Below are positions 43,177 to 56,505 of a stretch of DNA of 64,000 bases, piece by piece. Position 1 is the first letter of the stretch. Every line of letters begins with the position of its first letter. The notes beneath the pieces were generated by a model. It saw nothing but the letters and a program-made list of their open reading frames with translations, made no database searches and was not told the origin of the DNA. The DNA lies in the NCBI GenBank assembly GCA_964016885.1, contig OZ024745.1:112158001-112222000 (forward strand). The letters run 5' to 3'. The DNA is from Eledone cirrhosa. Its lineage: Eukaryota. The translations under genes were made by a program, and so were the position numbers.

Positions 43177-43216
43177 ATAAATGACTTAAACTGAACTTTG
43201 ATTATTGTAATCTCTC

Positions 43217-43304
<88 letters not shown>

Positions 43305-43314
43305 TATATATATG

Positions 43315-43581
<267 letters not shown>

Positions 43582-43845
43582 ATATATATATATATATCAC
43601 ATAAGAAACGGTGAATCAGTGTTGCGACGAATAAAATTTATTAGAAATATTACAATCCTTTCTCTGGCGACCAGCTCGAGGCACGATCCATGTAATGATC
43701 GAACCTGACTCGCAAGGTCCTCATACGTCTCGATTCTACGAAGCAGAGTTTCCAAATGTCGGACTTTGGAAACTCTATATATAAATATAAATATAGATAT
43801 ATATAATTATGTATAAATAACTCGATCTCTCTCTTTATATATGTA

Positions 43846-43912
<67 letters not shown>

Positions 43913-43925
43913 GTATATATGTATG

Positions 43926-43994
<69 letters not shown>

Positions 43995-44069
43995 AAGCTC
44001 AGAATAGGATGAAAGCAATATTCTGTGCTTGAACTTTAATGCACGCGCGTACACACACACGCCCGCGCG

Positions 44070-44159
<90 letters not shown>

Positions 44160-44799
44160 TACAAATATAACATCATATATGCGAATCACTTTTTACGGAA
44201 TTGCGTGTTAGGGCTAAAGTAATTGATTCGTGGTAGATTTATTGAATCCCCTTAAAATATGTCGTTTAGCTCCAGAAAGTAATAAGCGACCGATAGCCCT
44301 GTGATATAAAATGTTCCAGACGTGACGTAATGTATCGAGTATTACATTATTACAAATTTCGCGCCCGTATTTTGGAATTGTTTGTAGCCCTTTAGAGAAT
44401 TTTGATCCAAACAAAAGATAATTGTTTCTACTTTAGGCACAAGGCCAGCAATTACCCAGTGCATTACTGGTACTTTATTTTATCGACCTTGTAAGGATGA
44501 AAGGCAAAGTCAACCTCAGAAGATAATGGTCAAGAAAAAGGGATGGAGAGAGTTGTTCTGAGTATGACTGATGTGCTGAAATGTAATTTAATTGGTTATA
44601 AATGAAATTATGATTGTCACGTGAACAAGTACATTAAATTTTGTGCCCGTATTTGGGAATTTATTTTGTAGCCTTTTAGAGAATTTTGTGCCAAACAAGA
44701 AAAACGGGATGGGGAGAATTGTTCTGGTTCAGTGAATATGGCTGGTGTGCTGGGGTGTCAAAATTCAGACTTTCTATTGAAATAAAGAAAGTAGAGATA

Positions 44800-45156
44800 T
44801 GTATGTTTATTTGTGGGATGTTCTTGTGAATAGTGTTGTAAGCTTCCGCATTTCTTGGGTTGTGTGTTGAGATATATGATAGAATATTGGACGTACCTTG
44901 AATTTGTTTCTGTTTTCGTAATTCATCAATGTCTATTGCTTTAGCCCTTTCTATTCCATTATTTATTAGTAATGGTGGGTACTGTCTTTCGAGTAGAATT
45001 TCCTTTAATTCTTGAAGTCTTTTATTTCGCGTTTCATAATTGGAGACAATTGTGCAAATTATTCTTGCTAGGTTAAAAGGGGTGTTCGTCTTCGTGTGCT
45101 TTGGATGGTTGGAGGTGAATATCAGGTATTGTTTGGAATCTGTTGGTTTGTAGTGC
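44800..45156 (-). mobile_element. Penelope-like RT thumb fragment (Neptune/Poseidon type)
   Basis: HYKPTDSKQYLIFTSNHPKHTK..PFNLARIICTIVS...LLERQYP. The 5' end abuts (TA)n. Confidence 0.85.
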
Positions 45157-45674
45157 ATATATATATATATAATGTATGTTATATATGAAATATAATATAT
45201 GCTACTATACGTATTATTTATATATATGCAGGTATGAACAAACACACATAATTCTGATAAAAAAAAAGAAATCTTTGAGTAGTTCACTTTCAGCAGACAT
45301 GATATTTTCAGTGATAGTAAACAAAGTGAATGGAAAAAATGTCAAAGGTAAAGTTGACTATAATGGCGATGGCACTGGTAGATAAGAATCTCATGATGAA
45401 AATATGAAGACTTATTTAGCTGTGGTATTGTTGGTGATAGAGTGATTATGATGATGATGATGGTGTTGATGATTATGATGATATTTACAATGACTGTAAC
45501 AACATTGAATACCGAGTATAGGCATTATACATACACAAGCACACAAGCAGACATGCAAACACGAATACACACATGCGCACACGTACACTAACACATCATC
45601 ATCATTTCAGGGCTGTTACCCTCTTTTCCCCACAAAATATTTCTCTGACTAAGTTTTGATCCCATCACACTTAC

Positions 45675-45754
<80 letters not shown>

Positions 45755-45980
45755 ACACACACACACACACACACAAATATAAATGTGTATGTACCTAGAA
45801 ACACACACATGTATATATATATGTGAATATATCTACACACGCGCACACACACACACACATTTATATATATATATATATGTGTGTGTATATATGTATATGT
45901 ATATATGTATATATATTGTATGTATATGTATGTATTTATATATATATATGTGTATATATGTATATATGTATATATGTATA

Positions 45981-46068
<88 letters not shown>

Positions 46069-46072
<4 letters not shown>

Positions 46073-46780
46073 GCGAGAATCACATTTTCGGCGGGCAGGA
46101 AAAGCGAAGCGAAACGCAAAAATCAGAAATGATACTGGCAAAGTGCTCAATAGTTAAAAACCAGAGCTAAACAATGTGTTAAGAAGCCATACAAAACTGA
46201 AAAGGTGGTCAAGAAAGCATTAACCACCCAAGCCAAAAACCAAATCAAGCTAAACAGGTCAAAACAAAATAAATGATAAAAAATAACTGATAAGCAGACC
46301 TGGACTCCCGGAATTGCTGTTAAAATCCGATGTAGAGTTTCTGTGACACCTAAATCAAAATACAGTCTGCTTAAAAATATAAGCTTTGTGTATAACGATC
46401 GAACAAGGAATATCACGTTATCAACAGGTATTTCGCTCTGTACCAAATAAGTGAATGACACGGTGGTAAGTTAAACCACGTGTGGAAATCATAAGGAGAA
46501 TAACGCCAGATTTTGGCAAAGTAATTCAGTTGGTGTAAACCATGCGGAAAATAGCATAAATAGCACAAATCGAATAAGTTCTCAACCGAGTAGTTTAAAA
46601 TAAACTTATACAATTAACCTGTCAATAGAAATTATTAACAAGTTAATTGTAAGACACGGGAGTTTAATACAAATAAAGATTCAGCGAGAATCACATTTTC
46701 GGCGGGCAGGAAAAGCGAAGCGAAACGCAAAAATCAGAAATGATACTGGCAAAGTGGTCAATAGTTAAAAACCAGAGCTA
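46069..46780. mobile_element. Non-coding TA-bounded unit with 101-bp direct terminal repeats
   Basis: 46069-46169 equals 46680-46780 with one mismatch. (TA)n lies immediately outside both ends. Confidence 0.7.
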
Positions 46781-47242
46781 TATATATATTTATCTGTGTG
46801 TGTGAGTGAATGTGCTTGTAGACACCTGAAATATAGCTTAAGAGAAAGTTGACAATAAGGAGAGGCACCCAATATTTGAACTGGTTTATAGAATTCTTTC
46901 TGCCTTTGTCACTCTAAGTAACGCTTTAATGAATTAGCTTTTAAAGAATTCCCCTTTCTTTAAACCCATCAACCATGACTGACCTCCAACCATCTTATAT
47001 ACACCTAAAATATAGGCATTGTTAGCTTAAGAGAAACTTAAAAATAAGGAGTGGCACTCCAATTTGAACTTGTTTATAGAATTCTTTCTGCCTTTGTCAC
47101 TCTAAATATAAATTATAGCTTTAAAGAATTAGCTTTTAATGAATTCCCTTTTCTTTAAACCAATGACCTCCACCCATCCCACTCCCCACTCTCTCCTACC
47201 ACCAGAAAAGATATAAATACCACCATATTTACTTGGACAGTC

Positions 47243-47293
47243 AGATTCCTGATGATTTCTCACGAATGAAATAGTTCTAGTCCTGTGGAATCT
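47243..47293 (+). ncRNA. Hammerhead-like motif, probably inactive (G at cleavage position)
   Basis: AGAUUC-CUGAUGA-u UUC ucac GAA u-GAAA-UAG uucuaguc CUG-UG-GAAUCU, with a perfect 6-bp stem I. Confidence 0.6.
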
Positions 47294-47402
47294 CTTCTCT
47301 GTTAAAACTTTTATACTCTGCTATGTATTGAGTACCTTACTTACTGTGGTTACCTCTGATCCAACCCGGAATAAGTTATCTATCTATCTATATATATATA
47401 TA

Positions 47403-49277
47403 TATTGTTATACTTTGGGAGGGTCATGTTGCCAATAAGAAACACACGCATCAGTTGCTTTCACTTCAATTTATTATAATAAATTTATAAATTTAGGAAT
47501 TTATAAATTTCCGGTTGGTTGGTTCCACAACCAGATGATTGTTTATATATTGTCAAAGTTCTTTCGTCACACATTCTGTGACCTCTTCAGTGACTGGGGA
47601 TTCTTTTCTTTGTTTTTGTGCCTCTCCTTTGTTCTGTCCTACGCCATCTTGTTTTTGTGTGTGTGTTGTGTGCTTAGTTTGCGCATGTGTTACATCCGGG
47701 TGTCTGTGTGTGTTTATATTCGTTTACTTATTTGTTTATTTACATGTTACTGGTTGGTTGTTTGTTCTATGTGCGTATGTGTGTTTTCATTTTGTCCTTA
47801 ATTGTAAGTTGTGATGTTGCTGTTCCACTCATGTTTTCTATTTAATTTTGGTTGGAGTTCATTTATGTTTATTGCCTCTGTGATTTGTCTAAACATTGCG
47901 TCTTTTCTGTGTGTAGATTCTATTTTTATTTCTATGTTCTCTAATTTACCCTTATGTTCTATTTTAGCATGTTGGTAGAGTGCAGATGATTCTTTACTAT
48001 CTTGAAGGTCTCACCAGTGTTCATTTATCCGTTCCCCTATACTACGAGCTGTCTCACCTATGTACTCTATATTTTTATTTCTACATTGTCCTTCAGTACA
48101 TCTTATGCTATATACTACATTTCTAGTTTTACAGTTAATATGGGGGCTTAATTTACAGATTATACATTTCTTATCTATACAGGGAGGTCTTTGAAAAGGG
48201 TATGTATTGCTAATAAGTGTTTTTATAGGGGTACCTGGTCTTTCTACTATCTTAATATTGAGTTTATGTTTATCTCGGGGCCTTCTAAATTTGTAAGCTA
48301 ATTCACCTCTAGGGGTTGTATCGATGAACATTACACTCTGGTATTTATTGCTATCATACCATGAGTTTATTCTATTAGCCTTATTCCTAGTTCTTTCTAT
48401 TCTATTCCAAAATTTGCTTCTATACAAGGGGCAGGTCCCATTTGTGTCATTACTTACCATTTTTTCCCATTTGGTTCTGGCTCCTCTATATACTCTGATT
48501 TTATCTCTCTGATTGTAACCAGAGAACTGCATACGGTGGATGAAGTGTTGTATGTGTCTCTCTAGTTCTTTGGGGTTGCACATGCGGGACACGTTTCTCA
48601 TCACTCGTACCAAATCCGCAATCAGTATGTTGATTTTGGTATGGTCCGAAACAGCTGAGTTTCGGTGGATCAGATATTTGGAAGTGATGGGTTTGGCATA
48701 ATGGGAATGGAGGATTTGTTTTTTGTTATTAATAGTATCTAACCAGAGCTCTGTGTCTAGTACAGGTAATCGATGGTTGGGGTGTTTGCTTGAGTAGTCT
48801 ATAGTAACTCTAATACTCTGGTGGATGGAGTTAGCTATTTTCTGGATGCGTTCCATTGTGTTTTTCTCTAATTCCTGACTGTTCTCTAGTGGGGTGTTTT
48901 TACTACGATGTTTATATCATCAATGTAGCGGGAGTACATTATCAGTGTTGAGGGGTCTTATAATTGTTCTTTAAGTTTAAGTTTAAGTCTACTGTCCCAC
49001 CATACCATAAATAGGTTAGCTATGTCGCCTGCAATGCTAACACCAATGGCTGCTCCCTCCTCTTGGGCATATGTTTTTCCATTAAATTTGAACATATGTT
49101 CCTTAAGGGTTAATTTTATGCTGGCCCCCACCGCATGGGCAATCATTTTCTTTAGTTCATCGTGGTTTTCGGGGGTCCGTATGGCTCTGGTCCACCCGTT
49201 CCATCTATCTGTGTGGGTTTTCTTGGCCATTGAGGTAATGGTAGGTGGTCTACCTCTTGCTGGTCTTGTAGGGCACG
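47403..49277 (-). mobile_element. 5'-truncated, frameshifted Penelope-like element (RT + GIY-YIG), related to the 62-64 kb element
   Basis: ORF pieces 48958-49277 (GAAIGVSIAGDIANLFMVWWD) and 48011-48856 (LPVLDTELW...NVVYSIRC...YIGETARS) are collinear with the 557 aa ORF. Both ends abut (TA)n. Confidence 0.93.
47551..47595 (-). ncRNA. Minimal type I hammerhead ribozyme in PLE 3' UTR
   Basis: Minus strand: aGUCA-CUGAAGA-g-GUCACA gaaug UGUGAC-GAAA-gaac-UU-UGAC. Confidence 0.85.
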
Positions 49278-49639
49278 CATATATATATATATATAACAAA
49301 GGAATTGTGGTAAGGAACCAGATGGACCATAACGCACCAGAGTACTCAATACTTAGGGTAGTAGAGTGGGAAATAGGAAAAACTATGACACCGACGGCAG
49401 AGCTCAAGCGGTTTCGACGGCTATTTCCGGAATTCCTAAAACAGAATTTCTTTTACAATTCTATAATTATGACAATCCCATTTACCTCTCTCCCCTATAG
49501 CAATTGTCTCTAGCTTACATTTCCTCTCTTCGCCACCCCCATCTGACCTCTTGACCAGTTCTTTAACACAATTGAGATACAAACACCTATATTCAGAAAC
49601 ATTTCCTCTCCCTAAAAATAATCTTGTTCTGTGAAAATA

Positions 49640-49689
<50 letters not shown>

Positions 49690-49692
49690 GTG

Positions 49693-49755
<63 letters not shown>

Positions 49756-49758
49756 GTG

Positions 49759-49822
<64 letters not shown>

Positions 49823-50134
49823 CTCTTTCTCTCTATATAAGGTTCTATTTTAGACCCGGTTTTCTTCTTAACAAGAAAGATGAACAGACCTTCTTCAACA
49901 CTTAATTTTAAATTTTAATTTTTAATTCTTTTAAATTCTTTTTAATTGTAATATTCAACATTTGATAAGATGGATTATAGCGATACATCGAAACCGGTTA
50001 TATTTCGTATATTTTATATACATAATAAAACTCCCTTTTTTAAAAACATTGTTTCTCTCATTTTTTTCAATAATGTCACTTCGACGGATCAAAGAAGAAA
50101 AAAAGAAAAACAATCTATCTTATTTCTCATTCTT

Positions 50135-50170
50135 TCTTCTGATGAAGGACTAGCGTCCAAAACGCCAAGA
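50135..50170 (+). ncRNA. Decayed hammerhead motif
   Basis: UCUU-CUGAUGA-a GGAC uagc GUCC-aAAA-cg-cC-AAGA. A related copy on the minus strand at 51384-51419 retains GAAACGUUAAGA. Confidence 0.5.
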
Positions 50171-50255
50171 TCCTCTTCCTGCTATATCAAGCGTTAACCT
50201 AATATATCCCTTCCATATACTGTACCGATTGTGTTGTTATTTCTATTTACATTTT

Positions 50256-50290
<35 letters not shown>

Positions 50291-50299
50291 CATACATAT

Positions 50300-50396
<97 letters not shown>

Positions 50397-50488
50397 ATAT
50401 ACACATACATATATATATACATACACACATATATATATATATATATACACAGTATATACACACACACACACATATATACATATGTATG

Positions 50489-50530
<42 letters not shown>

Positions 50531-50946
50531 AAAGGGGAGTAAGGTTCTACACACACACACACACATGTATATAGAGTAGTTAGAATTAAATGAAACGAAA
50601 GAGAAAACAATACAAAGCTACAAAGAACTTGAGAATGTTCATATTGATATGTTAATTTATCGTTTGCACTTACCAAACGTGGTAGATACTACTATACTGT
50701 TTGAGATGTGATAAAAAAAAATGTGATATTTGAAATGATGGGCTTCTATTCGCTGGTTTAAAACACCTGATGCTATGTCGCTATAGCAACTGAAGATATT
50801 TGAACCGTCCAATCAATGCAGACAATACGGTGCCTCATGGCACCGTATTGTCTGCTCAAACAGAATTGCTCGATGTGTGTGTGTATGTATGTATGTATGT
50901 ATGTATGTATGTATGTATGTATGTATGTATGCATGTATGTATGTAT

Positions 50947-51280
50947 CTTGGTTAAGAGAGCGGGACTGGCTTTGTGCAGTGCCTTTGCTCACTATAAAAG
51001 CTTCACGGCACAGGCATTGCTTTATATCTGGAGATCTCTCTGCACTTGTCGTCACATGGTACCATGGGCCCAGCACTATGTGTCAATAATGTCACAAGTG
51101 TAGTGTTTGTACCAGAGTTTTCAAGTCGCTGGCTGGACTAAAAAGTCACACTCGTTCAGCGCATCGGTAGGGGTTCTCCTACATGGATATAAAGTAGTGG
51201 CCGTACTCGAAAACGAGTTGGCAACCACCATGTATGTATGTATGTATGTATGTATGTATGTATGTATGTATGTATGTATG
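50947..51280 (+). mobile_element. RTE/BovB-like 3' end with C2H2 finger and (TATG)n tail
   Basis: 51093-51170 translates HKCSVCTRVFKSLAGLKSHTRSAHR*, followed by a short UTR and TATG repeat. Confidence 0.6.
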
Positions 51281-54200
51281 TGTGTGTGTGCATGCAAAAG
51301 GCAAACAGAAATAACAAAGCAAACAACACAGTACAATTAAGAAATATATTATTAGTTGTACGCTTGATATAGTAGGAAAAGAGTCTTAACGTTTCAGACA
51401 TTAGTCCTTCATTAGAAAATAGAATGAGAAATTAAAGAGGAAATAGAAACATTGAGGAGACGGGCACTGGCAGAAACGAAAAAAAGGTCTATTCACGTCG
51501 CCATTTCTAGGAGAACTGTTGATGCTGGCATTTTGTGTAAGATAATCTTATTTTAAAAAGTTGTGATCGAACGCGTCTAGCTGAAAGGGGAAAAACGGTT
51601 TTGTAAATAGAGCTGTACGTATACGTGTGTGTGTGTTATACGTCCGTACGAAGCAAGAGGGTATGTGTGTGTGTATATATAAGTGTAAGAGTGTGTGTGT
51701 GTGTTTGTAAGTACGTAGCTGTGAGCATATGTGTATGTATATAAGGGTGTGTCTGTGTGTGTGTTAGTTGTTGTTCCGTACAGAGATGTGAAGGTATGTA
51801 TAGAGGTGTGTTTTGTTGGTCTGTATAAGCTGTAAGAGTGTGTGTTTCTGACCACAACAGAGTCATAGTTTAGCTTGGACTATAACTAGAGAATGTTTTA
51901 AAATTAAAAGATTCTATCTAGCAGTAGCATGAATATTAGAAGCCCATTGACTATTATCCACTTCACTTCCTCCTCCTTCACTTGTTACACAAATATGCCT
52001 AATATATATTATTTCATTATCTCTGGACACAAACATAATGCGAGTGAGTGAATACAATATTTATACTAAATATTGTGGTAAATTATTGGAAGCTTGAATC
52101 ATACTTGAAGATTTAACATCATATTACATAACTCCATTAACTACTCAGAGAACAAATATGTGGTAAGCTGTTTCACTGTTATTTACATATTCATTCTACA
52201 CTAATACAAATTAACCAACAAAAAATGAAAACTTCCTATCTTCACACACACACACACATAGTAGCAAGTTACTCGCCGAAGGTTTTATGATAAACAACCT
52301 TTTTTTATTTTCTCACTTTATCATTAACATAAATATTGTTTTGGCGTCCATCACCACCCCAGGGCTCATCAATCCTCAGCCTAGCTAACTTTAACGTCGG
52401 ACTTTGTTATCTGTTGATGGACATTGTGAAGCTAATGTATGAACGGAATTGGAGTACTTTGATCTGATATGGTTTCTCGGTAGGACGGTAATACCGTGAT
52501 GAGAAACCTTTACCCATTGAAACATTTACTGAAACAGAGAAATATTCGTAAAAATTGCTGTAATTTTTGTAGAAAAACATTCTCTTGACACATGACGTCT
52601 TCATGTCAAAATAATTCTCTCTATCTCCCCACAAAATACTGTTGGGAAATATGTGGAAAACATTTTGTCTCACGCAATTTTAATAAAATATAAAAAGAAT
52701 AGCCACTAAAATAATGGTTTCTGATTTAGGCACAAAGCCAACACATTTGGGGAGGGGGAGTCCATTAAATCGACCCCAGTACGTGACTGGTACTTTATTT
52801 TATCGACCCCGTAAGGATGAAAGGCAGAGCTAACCTCGGCAGGATTTGAACTTAGAACGTAAATGGCCGCAACTCTATGCCACAAAGTATGGTGTCCGAC
52901 GTTCCACCGCCCTATTATAGTCACTAAAATAATAACGGCTCATCTGTGAAATATATACGAAATTTTTCATTCGGAATTTGAAACTTTTAATAATAGTCTG
53001 TATTATTGTGTTGTCAATTTTACTGTTAATATAAAGATTTTCTCTTTAAATCCTTCTATCCAGGGATTAGTTGTAATGTGGAGCAGCATTAGGAAAATAA
53101 TGGTAATAATATTTGATGACGATCGTTTGTTCAGGTATTCAGAGAATTGTCTTGTTTCTCGGAAACAAAGTATTGTGAATTAGAACGTTCTAAAGTGAAA
53201 GTGCGTGGCTGAGTGGTTAGAGAATTGGATTCGCAATCATGAAGTTGTGAGTTCGATACCCAGACCGCACGATGCGTTATGTCCTTGAGCAAAACACTTT
53301 ATTTCACATCGTTCCTTCTGCCTGGATTTGCGACGGTAGATAGTATTAGCAATTGGGAAGACCAATTGAAACATCGTTTCCACGGTCCGATTTGACGAAC
53401 TCCACCCCAACTCGTTGCGTGAATGATGTTTGGGATCTTCTCGATCGACTGTTATTATTACAAAGTAATATATAATATGTATGCTTTTGTAAAATTTGCT
53501 CCAATGCTATCAAAAAATCTGATTTCTTTTATAAAAGATGTACTTTTTTTTTAGCTTCCTTGTTGTTTTAGGTTACAATTATGCAGGAATTGTCATCTCG
53601 TTATAATCCTTTTCCTATATTTGGGAATTTTATTTGAAGATTGTGGAGAAGATACAGGATTATATTGCTTATTTAGCTGAACTTTTAGCATTAAAACTTA
53701 CATAAATCGGAGTATTAGATGGATTTCTACTCAACATGGAATCTTATAAATTTATTCTCATATTACGTTCATATGTGATTATGTTCACATTCGAATTCTT
53801 AATATTAGCGATTCATCTGTCAAAGTTAGGGTCCTTGTTGAACAAAGTTAGTGTAGTAGTAGAGTAATACTTCACACCTAAATCTCTAGTTTAAATCTAT
53901 TTATATAACAACCCCCAACCTTTTACAAAATTTATTTGACAAATTCTTTTTTTATCAATTTTTTCTTTTCTCCTTTAGCTATCAAGCTATGTATATATGG
54001 AGTCATATCTCCCGAGGGAGTGGTTGCGTTGCCACCATATTGACATACAGCGTTTCAAGGGCTTTTATTTTTAAAACCTAACGGAGCCTATCTCTTCTCC
54101 AGGTTTGAATACAGTAGATTTCTTCCAGAGAAATATAGAGTGAGAGAATGAAAGTGAGAAAGAGATATAGAGGAAGAATCGACCCCAGTACTAGATTGGT

Positions 54201-55567
54201 ACTTTTTTTATCGACCTTGAATGGCTGAAAGGCAAAACTGATATTAGCGGTATTTGAGCTCAGAGAGCAGAGAGCCAAAACGAATACTGCAAAGCATTCT
54301 ATCTGAGGTTCAAACGACCCGGCCAATTTACCGCATTGCTGTCAAGTTACCAATACCCACCTAAATTAGAACTAGTGTCACTCCTTCATCGATAAATTCT
54401 CATTAAATCCCCATCTTCATCTAAATTTTGATTAGAAAAGCATTTATTTTTTCAACAGAAGTCCCTTTATAAAGTCTTAGTTTTATAAACAGATGTGTCA
54501 GAAAAAGAGACATATTAATTTTTTTAAAGGTTAGTCTTTAAACTTATACTATTTTCCGTTATATCTTATCAATTGGGTTCTTCTTCATTTGAAACTAGAT
54601 GTTATGTCCCACTCACAGTTTGTCTCTTTCTCCTCTCCCCCCTCTCTATCTCACTTATTCATTACAACTTCCATACTTCACTTCTTCTCCAGTCAATTCT
54701 CCTTCAAAACTTCTCTCAATTGACTGATTGATTGATCGGAACAAAACACAGATAAACAACTAGACTTATTTTATCATAACTTCATTTATTAGAAACTATA
54801 AGCCCTGTCTAATCAAAAGATTTAGGTTTGCCGTCATTTCATGATAAATTGGCTTCGTCATGTATGTCTGGAAGAAGGCAATCAGTTGATATCTATCTTT
54901 CTTATTCTCAATTCTTGTCTGAAACGATGTACTGGCCTCATATTTAGCTTACTCTTGAACTCTCCCCCTCAATATATGACAGGAGCAACATACTTACTCG
55001 CTCTCTATCTTCTTCTTCTTCTTCTTTTTCTTTTTCTTTTTCATTTTTTCTTTTTCATTTTTCTTTTTCATTTTCTTTTTCTTTTTCTTTTTCTTTTTCT
55101 TTTTCTTTTTCTTTTTCTTTTTCTTCTTCTTCTTCTTCTTCTTCTTCTTCTTCTTCTTCTTCTTCTTCTTCTTTCAACCTATACTATGACCTCTCACAAT
55201 TTACTCACAATTTCTTTCATTCTTATTCTTTTTCTCCGTATCTAAGAAACATTTTCTGAAATGTGAACATTCTAAAATAAAGTGAATACCTTATTAGGAA
55301 GACATCAATTCCTCTCTTACTTCTTTTTTCCCTTCTAAACAAAACATTTTGAAATTCGAATGATATATATATTCAGGCGAATTCCTTATATGGAACTTAC
55401 AATAACATACATCACCCATAATTCATTGTTATTTTTATAAATTAAGGAGAAATGTAAATAGTTATACTTTTTAAAAGAAACTGAGCTATGCGTGCTTTTT
55501 AGAATATACAACAATACTTATATATGACTTTTATATAATATGCTTGCATGCTTAATAATAATAATAA

Positions 55568-56140
55568 TAATTGTTTCTACTTTAGGCACAAGGCCAGCAA
55601 TTACCCAGTGCATTACTGGTACTTTATTTTATCGACCCCGTAAGGATGAAAGGCAAAGTCAACCTCGGCGGGATTTGAACTCAGATCGTAAAGGGAGGGC
55701 TTCAAAGCATGGCGTCTGACCCTCTACCGATACTGCCATGGTTCCTTATATAGGCAGAAGGCCAGCAATTTTGGGGGAGGGGAAGTCGATTAATTGGACC
55801 CCAGTGCGTGACTGGTACTTTATTTTATCGACCCCGTAAGGATGAAAGGCAAAGTTAACCTCGGTGGGATTTGAACTCAGACCGTAAAGGGGCGTAACTC
55901 TATGCTGCAAAGCATGGCGTCCGACCCTCTAGATTTAATAATGGTTTCTGATTTAGGCCCAATTTGGGGGGAGGGGAAAGTAGAATAAATCGACCTCGGT
56001 GCGTGACTGGTACTTTAATTTATCAACCCCGTAAGGATGAAAGGCAAAACTAATCTCGGTGGGATTTGAACTCAGAACGCAAAGGGACGTAACTATATGC
56101 CGCAAAGCACTATCTACCGATACTGCTAATTCACCGCCCT
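55568..56140 (-). mobile_element. Three tandem SINEs
   Basis: Same family. Solo copies also at ~7275, 24470, 31623, 34105, 36180, 41163, 44420, 52710 and 57265. Confidence 0.85.
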
Positions 56141-56310
56141 CATCCTAGATTTAATAAGATACATTTTAAATACATTTTTATTGTTTAAAAAGGATTCCTT
56201 TTGTCAGTCTCTCCCCCTAAATCTCAGCTGTAAATCAACTGTAACTTAACTCCCAGCTTCTACATAACCCAACGTTTACCAGTTCTTTCATTCATCATCT
56301 ATCAGATAAC

Positions 56311-56505
56311 CAGACCTGTCAACTTTCCCCGTCGGACGGGGAGATCTCTCACCCACTTTGGGATAGGTGAGAAATGTCTTTTCTTGTGAAAATGGGTAGA
56401 GTTTTCATTATAAAAAATTTCCCCATTTTGCCTCATTTCTCTCCATTTTGGGGTCCCTTTTTTCATGGTACTCCCCGTTGGGGATTTTAGAGGTTGGCAG
56501 GTTTG
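56311..56505. mobile_element. hAT-type MITE with 6-bp TSD
   Basis: TIRs cagacctgtcaac and gttggcaggtttg, with GATAAC duplicated on both sides. Confidence 0.7.

Larger units (their letters stand above)
42481..43220. repeat. Inverted repeat (arms ~148 bp, ~440 bp spacer) with paired HHRs
   Basis: 42481-42628 versus 43072-43220. The right end runs into a long (TA)n. Confidence 0.92.

Noticed and set aside
46285-46345. Hammerhead in the direct-repeat unit (ctgataagcag...)
   Set aside because: Both core halves deviate and stem I is not evident.
51093-51170. Host C2H2 zinc-finger gene
   Set aside because: It is a single finger with an in-frame stop just upstream and a repeat tail downstream, typical of a LINE ORF C-terminus.
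52407-52673. Possible minus-strand exon after tttctctgtttcag
   Set aside because: No recognisable protein similarity and cannot be supported without transcript data.
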